Source: a virus. Taken from it: a stretch of 64,000 nucleotides of DNA. The notes beneath the pieces were generated by a model. It saw nothing but the letters and a program-made list of their open reading frames with translations, was not told the DNA's origin and made no database searches. The stretch lies in IMG/VR virus record IMGVR_UViG_3300045912_000220; one strand, 5' to 3'. Positions 1-9,291 of the stretch are shown here, piece by piece. Position 1 is the first letter of the stretch, and the number at the start of each line of letters is the position of its first letter. Position numbers and translations under genes: made by a program.

Positions 1-382
1 GAACCAGCGCATGTACTGGGGGCGGTGGCGCCGGTACTCGGAGCAGTTCCTAAAGGCCAACCCGTTCTGCGTGCATTGTGCAGCCCAAGGTGTCGACCAT
101 CCGGCCACGGTAACTGACCACGTGATACCGCACCGGGGCGACCACGCGCTGTTCTGGGACCCTGCGAACCATCAGCCGTTGTGCAAGCGCCACCACGATC
201 AGAAAACGGCCCGCGAGGACGGCGGCTTCGGCAATGCGCCGCTGGTGCGGGAACAGGCGAACCAAGGGCCAGCGCTGACCGAGTACGAGGAGTACGTTCG
301 GGCCATGGGCGGGGACGCGGTGCCCCCGGTGGTTCGGGCTTGGGTGCGACGCAGAAAGAAACGCAGAGGGAATCAGCCGTGA
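1..382 (+). CDS. HNH endonuclease (terminase-associated), 5'-truncated by window edge
   Basis: CVHC...ATVTDHVIPHRGD...NHQPLCKRHHDQKT HNH motif; full copy at 38573-39028. Confidence 0.9.
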   Translation, partial: NQRMYWGRWRRYSEQFLKANPFCVHCAAQGVDHPATVTDHVIPHRGDHALFWDPANHQPLCKRHHDQKTAREDGGFGNAPLVREQANQGPALTEYEEYVRAMGGDAVPPVVRAWVRRRKKRRGNQP

Positions 383-423
383 GCGCAGACGCAGCAACGC
401 AGGCCAGTCCGGACCCGGGCAAC

Positions 424-503
424 GGGGTAGGGGTGGGTCAAAAGTCCGAGGCGGTAACCAAACGAGCGCGCCCCCAGTCAAAAAAAGCCGCGCGCGAAAT
501 TGG
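424..503. other. Candidate cos (packaging) region
   Basis: GGGGTAGGGGTGGGTCAAAAGT...GAGCGCGCCCCCAGTCAAAAAAAGCCGCGCGCGAAATT after the HNH gene and upstream of terS, resembling from memory the layout of cos regions in HK97/P27/SfV-like phages. Confidence 0.5.
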
Positions 504-540
504 CGCAGGGGGTGGGGAATTGTCCGGGGGGGCGTCCCCG

Positions 541-2154
541 GTGGTCGACGGGCTGAAGCCGGCCGTGCCGGCGGTGCCGTGGCCCGCGGACAAGGTTTCC
601 CGGTGGCCTATCGACCGCCTGAAGGCGTACGCCCGGAACCCACGGACGCATACCGCCGAGCAGGTTGCCAAGCTGGCCCGCAGTCTCGAGGAGTTCGGGT
701 GGACGAACCCGGTGCTGGTCGACGAAGCCGGCGAAATCATCGCCGGCCACGGCCGGGTGCTGGCCGCGGAACAGCTGGGCTGGGATTCGGCCCCGGTGAT
801 GGTGGCCCGCGGGTGGAACGACGACCAAAAGCGGGCCTACCGGATCGCCGACAACCGGCTGGCGCTCGACGCCGGGTGGGACGACGAACTGCTGGCGGTG
901 GAACTGCGCGACCTGCAAGCCGCGGAATTCGACCTAGAGCTGACGGGCATGACCAACGCCGAGCTGGCCCAGCTACTGATCGTCAGCGGGGACGCCGAGC
1001 CCGAACCTGAGCCACCGCCGCCAGACGCGCAAGCGGTCGGGATCAGCCGGCCCGGCGAGGTATGGCTGTGTGGGTCCCATCGCGTTATCTGCGGGGACTC
1101 GACCGACCCGGCGACGCTGGCGGCGCTTATGGGCGAGGCGGTAGCGGCTCTGGTGCACGCCGACCCGCCATACGGGATGGGGAAGGAATCCGATGGGGTG
1201 GCGAACGACAACCTGTACGGCGACAAGCTGGACGCGTTCCAGCTGGCGTGGTGGCGGGCCTGCCGGCCGCACATTGCGCCGAACGCATCGGTGTACATCT
1301 GGGGCGCGGCGCTCGACCTATGGCGGTTGTGGTGGCGGGCGGGGCTTGGCGAGTCCGAGCCGCTGACCCTGCGGAACGAAATCGTCTGGGACAAGGGCAG
1401 CATCGCCGGCATGCGGTCCGAGGACCTGACGCAGTACCCGGAAGCCACGGAGCGCGCGCTGTTTTTCCAGCTCGGGCGCCACGTGTTCCTGATTAACCAG
1501 ACGAAGGACGACTACTGGGAGGGCTGGGAACCGTTGCGGCTCTGGCTCTGCGGCGAGCGTGACCGCATGGGCTGGGGGCCGGCCGACGTGAAGCGCATCT
1601 GCGACAATCACATGTACGGCCACTGGTTCGGGCGCTCGCAGTGGGCGTGGATCAACCGCGAGAATTACGAAAAGCTGCAGGCCGCGGCCGCTGGCCGCGC
1701 GTTCGTGAAGCCTTACGACGAGCTGCTTGAGGACTACCGCGAGCTGGCCCGGCAGTTCAACGGTGACGTCCGCGACCCGCGGCACGAGAACTACCGCGCC
1801 GTGCGCCCATACTTCGACAACACGCACGACACCATGCGCGACGTATGGCAGTTCCCGCGGGTTACTGGCGACGATCGGTTCGGCCACGCCACCCCGAAGC
1901 CCGTGGCCATGATCGCGCGGTGCCTGCTTTCGAGCGCGCGCGAGGGCGACGTGGTGCTGGAGCCGTTCGGCGGTACCGGCACGACCCTGATCGCGGCCGA
2001 GCGCACCCGCCGCCGCTGCTTCATCGCCGAGCTGGAGCCGGTATGGGCTGACGTGATTGTGCGCCGGTGGCAGAGCATGACCGGCGGCACAGCGGTGCTA
2101 GAGTCGACGGGCGAAACTTTCGAGGCGGTCGAGCGTGCGCGGTCGCAAGCCTAA
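541..2154 (+). CDS. ParB/Srx-like N-terminal domain fused to DNA N6-adenine/N4-cytosine methyltransferase (beta class)
   Basis: WPADKVSRWPIDRLKAYARNPRTH...IIAGHGR (ParB-like); ADPPY catalytic motif; HATPKP and VLEPFGGTGTT SAM-binding motif. Start uncertain (GTG 541 preferred; 379 possible). Confidence 0.88.
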   Translation: MVDGLKPAVPAVPWPADKVSRWPIDRLKAYARNPRTHTAEQVAKLARSLEEFGWTNPVLVDEAGEIIAGHGRVLAAEQLGWDSAPVMVARGWNDDQKRAYRIADNRLALDAGWDDELLAVELRDLQAAEFDLELTGMTNAELAQLLIVSGDAEPEPEPPPPDAQAVGISRPGEVWLCGSHRVICGDSTDPATLAALMGEAVAALVHADPPYGMGKESDGVANDNLYGDKLDAFQLAWWRACRPHIAPNASVYIWGAALDLWRLWWRAGLGESEPLTLRNEIVWDKGSIAGMRSEDLTQYPEATERALFFQLGRHVFLINQTKDDYWEGWEPLRLWLCGERDRMGWGPADVKRICDNHMYGHWFGRSQWAWINRENYEKLQAAAAGRAFVKPYDELLEDYRELARQFNGDVRDPRHENYRAVRPYFDNTHDTMRDVWQFPRVTGDDRFGHATPKPVAMIARCLLSSAREGDVVLEPFGGTGTTLIAAERTRRRCFIAELEPVWADVIVRRWQSMTGGTAVLESTGETFEAVERARSQA

Positions 2155-2599
2155 GCCCACCTATCTGCGGGCACTCGACGGCGGGGCCGCGCGCCGGCCG
2201 CTGGATCGCGCCGACGAACCGAGGCCGGCAGGCGACCTGTTCGACCCGCCGCCAGAGCTGTCGCCACGCCAGCAGGCAATCTGGCGCCACGCGATCGCGC
2301 ACGCGCCGCCGGGGATGCTGACCAAGCTGGACCAGTCGGTGTTCCTGTCATGGGTTGTGGCCGTCGACACGCTGGAGCTGGCCCGGCAGAAGGTGACCGA
2401 GCTGGGCCTGCTGGTGAAAACCCGTGACGGCAACACGATGCAGAATCCTTACCTGTCCATTCAGAACAAGCAGGCCGCCATCGTGATGAAGGCGGCGGCC
2501 GAGCTGGGTTTCAGTCCGACGGCCCGTACCCGTGTCAAAGTCCCGAAGCAAGCGCCCCGCGACAACCCGTTCGGCGAGCTCCGCACGCTCGACGACTGA
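2135..2599 (+). CDS. terS: Terminase small subunit, P27 family
   Basis: MRGRKPKPT start, QNPYL and ELGFSPTARTRV motifs; directly before terL. Confidence 0.92.
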   Translation: MRGRKPKPTYLRALDGGAARRPLDRADEPRPAGDLFDPPPELSPRQQAIWRHAIAHAPPGMLTKLDQSVFLSWVVAVDTLELARQKVTELGLLVKTRDGNTMQNPYLSIQNKQAAIVMKAAAELGFSPTARTRVKVPKQAPRDNPFGELRTLDD

Positions 2600-4292
2600 C
2601 GGCCGCGACTACGTGGCCGTGGCGATCGCCTATGCCGAGGACGCATTGGACGATCGCCGCGGCGAGCGTTACGGCCGATGGATCAGGCTGGCGGCCAAGC
2701 GGTTCCTCGCCGACCTGAAGCGGGCGCAGGCCAAACGGCCACCGTTCTATTTCTCGCCGAAACGGGCAAACGCGCACTGCCGCTTCATCGAAGCGCTGCC
2801 GCACGTCGAGGGCGTGTGGGCCACGCCGACTATCCGGCTTGAGCCGGCGCAGGTGTTTTTCGTGGTTCAGCTGTTCGGGTTCAGGAACACGGATGGCGGG
2901 CGCCGATTCACCGAGGCGCTGCTCTGCATCGCGCGCAAGAACGCCAAGTCGACGCTGGCCGCTGGCATTCTGCTGTCCTGCTTCTGCATGGAGCGCGAGC
3001 TAGGGGCGCAGGTGCTGAGCGCGGCAACAACTGGTAGCCAAGCGCGCATCCTCTGGGGCATCGCCAAGCGCATGGTGGAAATGACACCGGCGCTGCGGGA
3101 CACGTTCGACCTAGAGCCGTTCGCCAATGCCATCGCCCGGCCTGAGATTGGCGGCACGTTCAAGCCGATCAACGCCAAGGCGTCGACACAGGACGGCCTC
3201 AACCCGAGCCACGCCGGCCTCGATGAGCTTCACGCGCACAAGACCCATGACTTGCTGAACGTCCTGCGGTCGGCGGCCGGCGCCCGGTCGAACCCGCTGT
3301 GGCTCTACACGACGACCGAGGGGTACGAAACGCCCGGGCCGTGGCCAGAGGTGCGGGCCTATGCCCGGCAGGTGCTGCAGGGCCTGTTCCGGGCCGATCA
3401 CTTCCTCGCCTGCATCTGGGCGCTCGACGACGACGACGACGGGGAGGCCGAGTTCGACGAACGGAAATGGGTGAAGGCCAACCCGTTGCTGCCGGTCAAC
3501 CCGGTTCTTCGGGCCGAGCTGCGGAAGCTGGCCACGAACGCCAGAGCCATGCCGGGCACCCACGCCGAGTTCCGCATCAAGCGGCTGAACCTGCCGGCGG
3601 CCTCGGCGGCCGCGTGGGTGAACCTTCCGCGGTGGCGCCGGTGCTCCGGCCCGGTCGACCTTGAGGCATTGCGAGGCGCGCAATGCTGGGGGGCGTTCGA
3701 CCTTGCCAGCACCACGGATATGACCGCGTGGGCGCTGCTATGGCTGGTGGACGGGCACTACTACGCCCGGGTCCGCTACTGGGTCCCCGAGGCCGCCGTG
3801 CACCAGCGGACCGAGCGGCGATCGGTGCCGTACGCGGCGTGGGTGGCCGCCGGCCTGATCGAGCAGACTCCGGGCGACGTGGCCGACTACGACATCATCG
3901 AGCGGGCAATCCTCGAGGATTTCGAGCGGTTCGGGCCGTCCCGGATTGCCTTCGACCCGTGGAACGCCACCGCTACGGCTACCGCGTTGCTGAATCAGGG
4001 GTTACCCTTGGAGCAGTTCGTGCAGGGCACCCGGAGCTACAACGCCGCGATGAAGGCGTGCGAGGTGGCCTACACCGGGGGCAAGCTGAGCCACGGCGGC
4101 AACCCGGTGCTGGCGTGGAACATGGCCAACGTAGTAGCGAGGCGCGACGCGAACATGAACATCGCCCCTGACCGCAAGCGCTCGGCCGACAAGATAGACG
4201 GCGCGGCCGCGCTGTTCATGGCGTTCGGCCTGTCGGCGGCAGATAACGCCGGCAACCTTGACGCGATTCTGGCCAACCCGGTGAGCGCGTAA
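2532..4292 (+). CDS. terL: Terminase large subunit
   Basis: Walker A IARKNAKST, Walker B LDELHAH, YTTTEG coupling motif, nuclease FDLAST and KIDGAAA; start codon uncertain. Confidence 0.96.
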   Translation: MSKSRSKRPATTRSASSARSTTDGRDYVAVAIAYAEDALDDRRGERYGRWIRLAAKRFLADLKRAQAKRPPFYFSPKRANAHCRFIEALPHVEGVWATPTIRLEPAQVFFVVQLFGFRNTDGGRRFTEALLCIARKNAKSTLAAGILLSCFCMERELGAQVLSAATTGSQARILWGIAKRMVEMTPALRDTFDLEPFANAIARPEIGGTFKPINAKASTQDGLNPSHAGLDELHAHKTHDLLNVLRSAAGARSNPLWLYTTTEGYETPGPWPEVRAYARQVLQGLFRADHFLACIWALDDDDDGEAEFDERKWVKANPLLPVNPVLRAELRKLATNARAMPGTHAEFRIKRLNLPAASAAAWVNLPRWRRCSGPVDLEALRGAQCWGAFDLASTTDMTAWALLWLVDGHYYARVRYWVPEAAVHQRTERRSVPYAAWVAAGLIEQTPGDVADYDIIERAILEDFERFGPSRIAFDPWNATATATALLNQGLPLEQFVQGTRSYNAAMKACEVAYTGGKLSHGGNPVLAWNMANVVARRDANMNIAPDRKRSADKIDGAAALFMAFGLSAADNAGNLDAILANPVSA

Positions 4293-4295
4293 GCC

Positions 4296-5594
4296 GTGGC
4301 CGTAGCGTGGTCGTCGTGGATGCGGTACGTATTCGGCGGGCTCTGGAACCCGGAGTACGGCCCCCAGCTCGCCGGGCCCGGAAGTTTCGCCAACGAGGCC
4401 GGCCAGAGCGTCACCGATTCGCGCGCCATGCAGGTGGCGGCGGTGTTCCGGTGCATCCGGATCATCGCCGAAACGGCCGGCACGCTGCCGATGGTCGGCT
4501 ACCGGCGGCTGCCGAACGGGGACCGGGAGCCGTTGCCCAGCTCCCATTGGCTGCCCCAGCTGATCGACTACCCGAACGAAACGCAGACGGGCGATGAATT
4601 CCGCGAGGCCGTGGTGGCCCAGATGGCCGGCTGGGGCAACGCGTACGCGCTGGTCAGCCGGCAGTCCGCCGGGCGCGTCGTCGAGCTGTGGCCGGGCCGG
4701 GTCGAGGCAATGGAAGTCGAGCGGCGGCCGGATCGCACGCTGCTGTACCGCTACCCGGACGCGTCCGGCACCCGGCAGGCACTGCCACCCGGGCGCGTGC
4801 TGCACTTCCGGGCGTTCAGCATGGACGGGGTGATGGGCCTGTCGCCGCTGGCCATGGCCCGCGAATCGCTGGGCCTGACGGTGGGTGCCGAGCGGTTCGC
4901 GTCGTCGTTTTTCGCGCAGGGTGGCCGGCCCGCCGGCGTCATGACGGCCGATAAGGTGCTGACCGACAAGCAGCGCGAGCAGATTCGGAAGGAATACTCG
5001 GCGATGGCGGACGCGTCGAACCCGACCGGCAAGCGCTTCTGGCTGCTCGAGGGATCGCTGAAGTATCAGGCGATCAGCGTGAACCCGGCCGACATGCAGA
5101 TGCTGGAAACGCGAGCGTTCCAGATTGCCGACATCGCCCGATTCTTCGGGGTGCCGCTGTTCCTGCTCATGGAAACTGAAAAATCGACTAGCTGGGGCAG
5201 CGGTATCGAGCAGCAAAACATCGGCTTCTTGACGTACACGTTGCGGCCGTACCTGTCGCGGCTGGTGGCGACGTTTAACCGCTACGTCATCCCGGAGCGG
5301 GAGCGCGAGTCGCTGTTCGTCGACATCGACGAAGCGGCCCTGCTGTCGCTGGATTCGACGGCCCAGAAAGACCTGCTTGCGAGTCACGCAAACAACGGGA
5401 TCATGACCCGCAACGAAATCCGGCGCCGCCTGAAGCTGCCGGCCTACCCTGACCCTAACGCCGACGTCCTCACCGTGCAGACGGCGCTGACGCCGCTGGG
5501 AAAACTGGGTACGCTACCGGCAACGCCCGAGCCGGCGCCGCCACCGGCGGTATCGGCCGGGGGTAACGATGGCGCCGACGACGCCGAGGGCTGA
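4296..5594 (+). CDS. Portal protein, HK97 family
   Basis: AVFRCIRIIAETAG, GNAYA, DGVMGLSP, IARFFGVP, SWGSGIEQQ, MTRNEIR. Confidence 0.96.
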   Translation: MAVAWSSWMRYVFGGLWNPEYGPQLAGPGSFANEAGQSVTDSRAMQVAAVFRCIRIIAETAGTLPMVGYRRLPNGDREPLPSSHWLPQLIDYPNETQTGDEFREAVVAQMAGWGNAYALVSRQSAGRVVELWPGRVEAMEVERRPDRTLLYRYPDASGTRQALPPGRVLHFRAFSMDGVMGLSPLAMARESLGLTVGAERFASSFFAQGGRPAGVMTADKVLTDKQREQIRKEYSAMADASNPTGKRFWLLEGSLKYQAISVNPADMQMLETRAFQIADIARFFGVPLFLLMETEKSTSWGSGIEQQNIGFLTYTLRPYLSRLVATFNRYVIPERERESLFVDIDEAALLSLDSTAQKDLLASHANNGIMTRNEIRRRLKLPAYPDPNADVLTVQTALTPLGKLGTLPATPEPAPPPAVSAGGNDGADDAEG

Positions 5595-5598
5595 CGCT

Positions 5599-6333
5599 AT
5601 GCCGTGGCATGAACAGAAGGGGCAGCTGCACTATCTGGCCTGCCGTGACCGGCGCGACCTGCCGCTGGAACTGTGCGAGCTGAAGTTTCACACGAAGGAC
5701 GCGAGTAGCGGCGCGGTGCAGTTCACCGGCTACGCCGCGGTCTGGGGCCGGACGGACAGCTACGGCGACACCGTGCTCCGCGGTGCGTTCCTCGAAAGCC
5801 TGAAAGAACGCCGCCCGATGATGCTGTTCGGGCATTCGCCGGGGCGTGTTCCGGGCAAATGGCTCGAATGGGAAGAAGATGACAAGGGCCTCCTTATGCT
5901 CGGCGAGCTGACGCCCGGGCATTCAGAGGCGCAGGACATCGCTGCCAGCCTGAAGCACGGGGCGTTGAACGGCCTGAGCATCGGCGGCTACACGACCGAC
6001 TGGGAAAGCCGCGACAACGGCGGCCGGATCATCAAGGCGTTCGACTTGTACGAGGTGTCGATCGTCAGCATGCCGGCAGAACAGGAAGCCCGAATCGATA
6101 CCGCCAGCGTGAAAGCCGCGCTGGATCGCTGCTCGAAAGTTTCCGAAATAGAGGACCTGCTGCGCGAGGCCGCGGGCTGCTCTAAGTCGGCCGCGACCGC
6201 CATTGTGTCGCGCCTGTCGCGCCTGCTCCGGGGTGAGCCCGAGGCCGACCCGACGCCAGCCGCCGCCGGGCAACTGCTCGACGTGCTTCGTTCGACCCGA
6301 ATCCCGCGTTCACTCTTGGAGGGTGACAAATGA
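5599..6333 (+). CDS. Prohead (capsid maturation) protease, HK97 family
   Basis: FTGYAAVWG, DSYGD, GLSIGG, LYEVSIVSMPA. Confidence 0.93.
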   Translation: MPWHEQKGQLHYLACRDRRDLPLELCELKFHTKDASSGAVQFTGYAAVWGRTDSYGDTVLRGAFLESLKERRPMMLFGHSPGRVPGKWLEWEEDDKGLLMLGELTPGHSEAQDIAASLKHGALNGLSIGGYTTDWESRDNGGRIIKAFDLYEVSIVSMPAEQEARIDTASVKAALDRCSKVSEIEDLLREAAGCSKSAATAIVSRLSRLLRGEPEADPTPAAAGQLLDVLRSTRIPRSLLEGDK

Positions 6334-7628
6334 ACAAGTTCATCACGTCGGTCAGCAACGGCATGCGTGCCGCGCTGGCCAGCAAGCGCGCACTGCCGCG
6401 CGACTACTTCGGCCGGCCGATGGACCGGAAGGACACTCCCGCCCCCAGCGCCGCCACCATCAAAACGATGGAGGACCTTCGCACCGCGTTTCTCGAACAG
6501 CACCGCGAGCTGACGCAGTTCATCGAGAAGGCGAACGGCGAGCTGAAGGAAACGGGCAAGGTGGCCAACGAAACGGCCAGCGCCATGCGGGCGCTATCCG
6601 AGTCGCTGAACACGCTCGGGACCCGGCTCGACAAGGTGGAGGGCAAGGCTGACCGGCTGGGCGAGGGCGAGCGCACGGCGAAGTCGCTGGGCGAGCAGTT
6701 CGTCGAGTCCGAGGAATGGGCGTCGTCTGGCGCGCTGCTCAAGGTGGCCAAGGCCCGCTGGGAGACGCGCGCTATCGTCAACGCCACCGGCCAGAACCAG
6801 CCGCTGGTTCCCGACATGCGGGTGCCCGGTATCGTGGCTACGCCGAACCGGCGGCTGCGCATCCGGCAGCTGCTGCCGGCGGGCACCACGTCGTCGAATC
6901 TGGTGCAGTTCGCGAAGGAAAACGTGTTCACGAACAACGCCGGACCGCAGGCGGGTGGCTCGCCGACCGTCGCGGCCGAAAACGTCGTGAAGCCCGAGAG
7001 CGACATCACGTTCACGCTGGCGAACGCGCCCGTCGTCACCATCGCGCACTTCATCCTCGCGTCCCGGCAGGTGCTGGACGACGCGCCGATGCTGGCCAGC
7101 TACATCAACGGCCGGCTGCAGTACGGCCTCGCGCTCGAGGAGGACGAACAGCTGCTGCTGGGTGACGGCACCGTCGGTAAGCTCGACGGCCTAATGAATC
7201 AGGCGACGTTCTACAACCGCGCCCAGACGGGCACGAAGCTCGACTGGCTGCGCCGGGCCATCACGCAGCTGCAGCTGTCCGAGTACGACGCCGAGTTCAT
7301 GGTCCTGAACCCCGCCGACTGGGAGGACATCGAGCTGACCAAAGATCAGGACCTGCGCTACCTGATCGCAAACCCGGTGTCGATCCTCGGCCCGCAGCTC
7401 TGGGGCCTGCCGGTAGTGCCGACGAACACGATGCCCGAGGGCCAGTTCCTTGTGGCGAACGGTTCGATGGCTGCGCAAATCTGGGATCGGTCGCAGGCCG
7501 CCATCGAGGTCAGCCGCGAGGACTCGGATAACTTCCGGCGCAACATGGTGACCCTGCTCGCCGAGGAGCGGCTGGCGCTGACGGTGTACCGCCCGTCGGC
7601 GCTAATCAAGGGCGTGTTCAGCGTCTAA
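6330..7628 (+). CDS. Major capsid protein, HK97 fold
   Basis: Coiled-coil delta domain, EDEQLLLGDG, GLPVV, FRRNMVTLLAEERLALTVYRPSA. Confidence 0.96.
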   Translation: MNKFITSVSNGMRAALASKRALPRDYFGRPMDRKDTPAPSAATIKTMEDLRTAFLEQHRELTQFIEKANGELKETGKVANETASAMRALSESLNTLGTRLDKVEGKADRLGEGERTAKSLGEQFVESEEWASSGALLKVAKARWETRAIVNATGQNQPLVPDMRVPGIVATPNRRLRIRQLLPAGTTSSNLVQFAKENVFTNNAGPQAGGSPTVAAENVVKPESDITFTLANAPVVTIAHFILASRQVLDDAPMLASYINGRLQYGLALEEDEQLLLGDGTVGKLDGLMNQATFYNRAQTGTKLDWLRRAITQLQLSEYDAEFMVLNPADWEDIELTKDQDLRYLIANPVSILGPQLWGLPVVPTNTMPEGQFLVANGSMAAQIWDRSQAAIEVSREDSDNFRRNMVTLLAEERLALTVYRPSALIKGVFSV

Positions 7629-7648
7629 CCCGAGGCGCGGAACGGGCA

Positions 7649-7678
7649 GGGGCGGGCCGGGCCATGACGGCCCGCCCC
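7649..7678 (+). terminator. GC-rich hairpin after the capsid gene (terminator/attenuator or mRNA stabiliser)
   Basis: GGGGCGGGCCG-8nt-CGGCCCGCCCC, 11-bp stem; only ATT follows, no U-tract. Confidence 0.5.
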
Positions 7679-7698
7679 ATTACCCGGGGAGAGCTGCC

Positions 7699-8100
7699 GT
7701 GTATCTGGTTCGTGCTCTGCGGCGCTTTGCGTCGGTCGACGAGGGGTGGATTCCCCGCGGCGCTACACTTAGCGTTCCCCGTGACCGCGCGTTCGAGCTG
7801 GCAGGGTCCGGCGTGGTCGAAATCCTCGAGGGCGACGATCGCGCGTGGAATTTCGAGACGAAAACCGAACCGCATGCATTGTCGCCAGTGGCCCCAGCGC
7901 CGCGCGCGTCGACGTTACCCGTACCGCCGGCTGGCCAACCGTCGCCGTTAACGACGGCTACCGCATCGCCGGCCACGCCGACCACGTCTACGCGGCCGAC
8001 GCGCGCTGGTGGGACTACCACGCGCCGGCGGTCCGTGCGCAGTGCCCCCGCGCGCAGCTCTGGACCTGCACCGGAGCCGCCGCCCGACGGCACGGACTGA
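7699..8100 (+). CDS. Small post-capsid protein with Pro/Thr-rich tail overlapping the next gene
   Basis: GTG start after GGAGAG; globular first ~58 aa; position typical of small head-associated genes. Confidence 0.6.
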   Translation: MYLVRALRRFASVDEGWIPRGATLSVPRDRAFELAGSGVVEILEGDDRAWNFETKTEPHALSPVAPAPRASTLPVPPAGQPSPLTTATASPATPTTSTRPTRAGGTTTRRRSVRSAPARSSGPAPEPPPDGTD

Positions 8101-8441
8101 ACCTGCTGCAGTATGAACGCGGGCCGGGCCTGAGCGTCCGGCCGGGCATCGTCCGGACCGGCGGTGCCGTGGGCAATTCCGGCGCCCAAGCCATCAACCT
8201 TGCCTACTTGCTCGGCGCCCGCCGGCTGGTGCTGATCGGGTTCGACATGGGCGAGCAGGGGCACTACTTCGGCGACCATCCGCCGGGCCTGCACGTCGTG
8301 AGCCCGTGGGAGCGTATGCGCGCCGGTATGGCCACGATGGCCGCGGAACTGGCCGCGCTGGGCGTGCAGGTGGTGAACTGTTCGCCGCTGACCGCCATCA
8401 CGTACTGGCCGCGCGCCGATCTACCCGACGTGCTGCCCTAG
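7845..8441 (+). CDS. Maf/MptE-like (DUF115-type) putative glycosyltransferase
   Basis: CIVASGPS, VAVND, DHVYAADARWW, NSGAQAINLAYLLGARRLVLIGFDM. Confidence 0.7.
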   Translation: MEFRDENRTACIVASGPSAARVDVTRTAGWPTVAVNDGYRIAGHADHVYAADARWWDYHAPAVRAQCPRAQLWTCTGAAARRHGLNLLQYERGPGLSVRPGIVRTGGAVGNSGAQAINLAYLLGARRLVLIGFDMGEQGHYFGDHPPGLHVVSPWERMRAGMATMAAELAALGVQVVNCSPLTAITYWPRADLPDVLP

Positions 8442-8472
8442 CGGGCCGCGCAACGGCCCGGCACAATGGGCC

Positions 8473-9291
8473 ATGCGCCGCGCGCATCTGCTGATCCGTC
8501 ACGAACCGCACTACCGGCGCGAAGCCTTCGCGGCTGGGTTGCAGGCGTGCGGCTATCAGGTGGCCGGCTACCCGCGCGAGCGCGCCCGCCCCGGCGACCT
8601 ACTGGTGATGTGGAACCGCTACGGCGCCAATCACGCGCTGGCCGAGCGCTTCGAGGCCGCCGGCGGCGTCGTGCTGGTGGCCGAGAACGGCCTCATGGGC
8701 CGTGATTCCCCGGGCGGCCCGTGGTACTCGCTGTTCCGCGGCGCGCCGGCGGGTGCCGGGTGGTCACCAGAGGGGCCGGCCGACCGGTGGTTCGCGCAGG
8801 GGTGGACGCTGGCCCCGTGGCGCGACATGCCAGCAGGCGACGTGCTGATCCTTGCGCAGCGCGGCATTGGCCCGCCCGGGGTGGCCCAGCCGCACGGCTG
8901 GCACCGCGACATCGCCCGTCGGCTGGCGCACTGGGGCCGCGTGCGCATCCGCGAACATCCCGGCGAGCGGCCGGCGCTGCCGCTGGCCGACGACCTAGCC
9001 AACGTCCGCGCCGTGGTCACGTGGGCCAGCGCGGCGGCGCTGAAGGCAATGGCGGCGGGGGTGCCGGTGTTCTACGGGTTCCGCAACTGGATAGGGAAGG
9101 GCTGCGGGCAATGGCTCGACGACGCGACGATCCGTGGGCCGTGCGCCCCGGTATTCCCCGACCGGACCGCGACCTGCGGGCTTGTTGGCTGGGCCACGTG
9201 GACGACCCGCGAGTTATCGACCGGCCAGCCTTTCCGGCACGTGCTCGGGTGGCCGTCTACCGCATCGCCGACCATCACCGATCACGCGTGA
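8473..9291 (+). CDS. KpsS/KpsC-like (capsule synthesis) GT-B glycosyltransferase 1
   Basis: VLILAQ...IREHPG...AVVTWASAAALKAMAAGVPVF, matching the HP and VVT-x-S-xx-EA-G-P pattern. Confidence 0.65.
   Translation: MRRAHLLIRHEPHYRREAFAAGLQACGYQVAGYPRERARPGDLLVMWNRYGANHALAERFEAAGGVVLVAENGLMGRDSPGGPWYSLFRGAPAGAGWSPEGPADRWFAQGWTLAPWRDMPAGDVLILAQRGIGPPGVAQPHGWHRDIARRLAHWGRVRIREHPGERPALPLADDLANVRAVVTWASAAALKAMAAGVPVFYGFRNWIGKGCGQWLDDATIRGPCAPVFPDRTATCGLVGWATWTTRELSTGQPFRHVLGWPSTASPTITDHA

Noticed and set aside
181-540. N-terminal 120 aa of the 657-aa methylase ORF
   Set aside because: Overlaps the HNH gene and the cos-like region, has Arg/Gly-rich shadow composition, and family similarity begins only at ~WPADKV (after 541).
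541-900. ParB-like domain as a partition protein that would bind the parS site
   Set aside because: It is the ParB/Srx N-terminal domain commonly fused to phage methylases; I see no parS-binding HTH and no parA.
4002-5387. Long antisense ORFs (also 21453-22676, 24135-25274, 29781-30842, 15598-16644, 10010-10900)
   Set aside because: Shadow ORFs expected at high GC; they lie opposite clearly real genes and lack motifs or RBSs.
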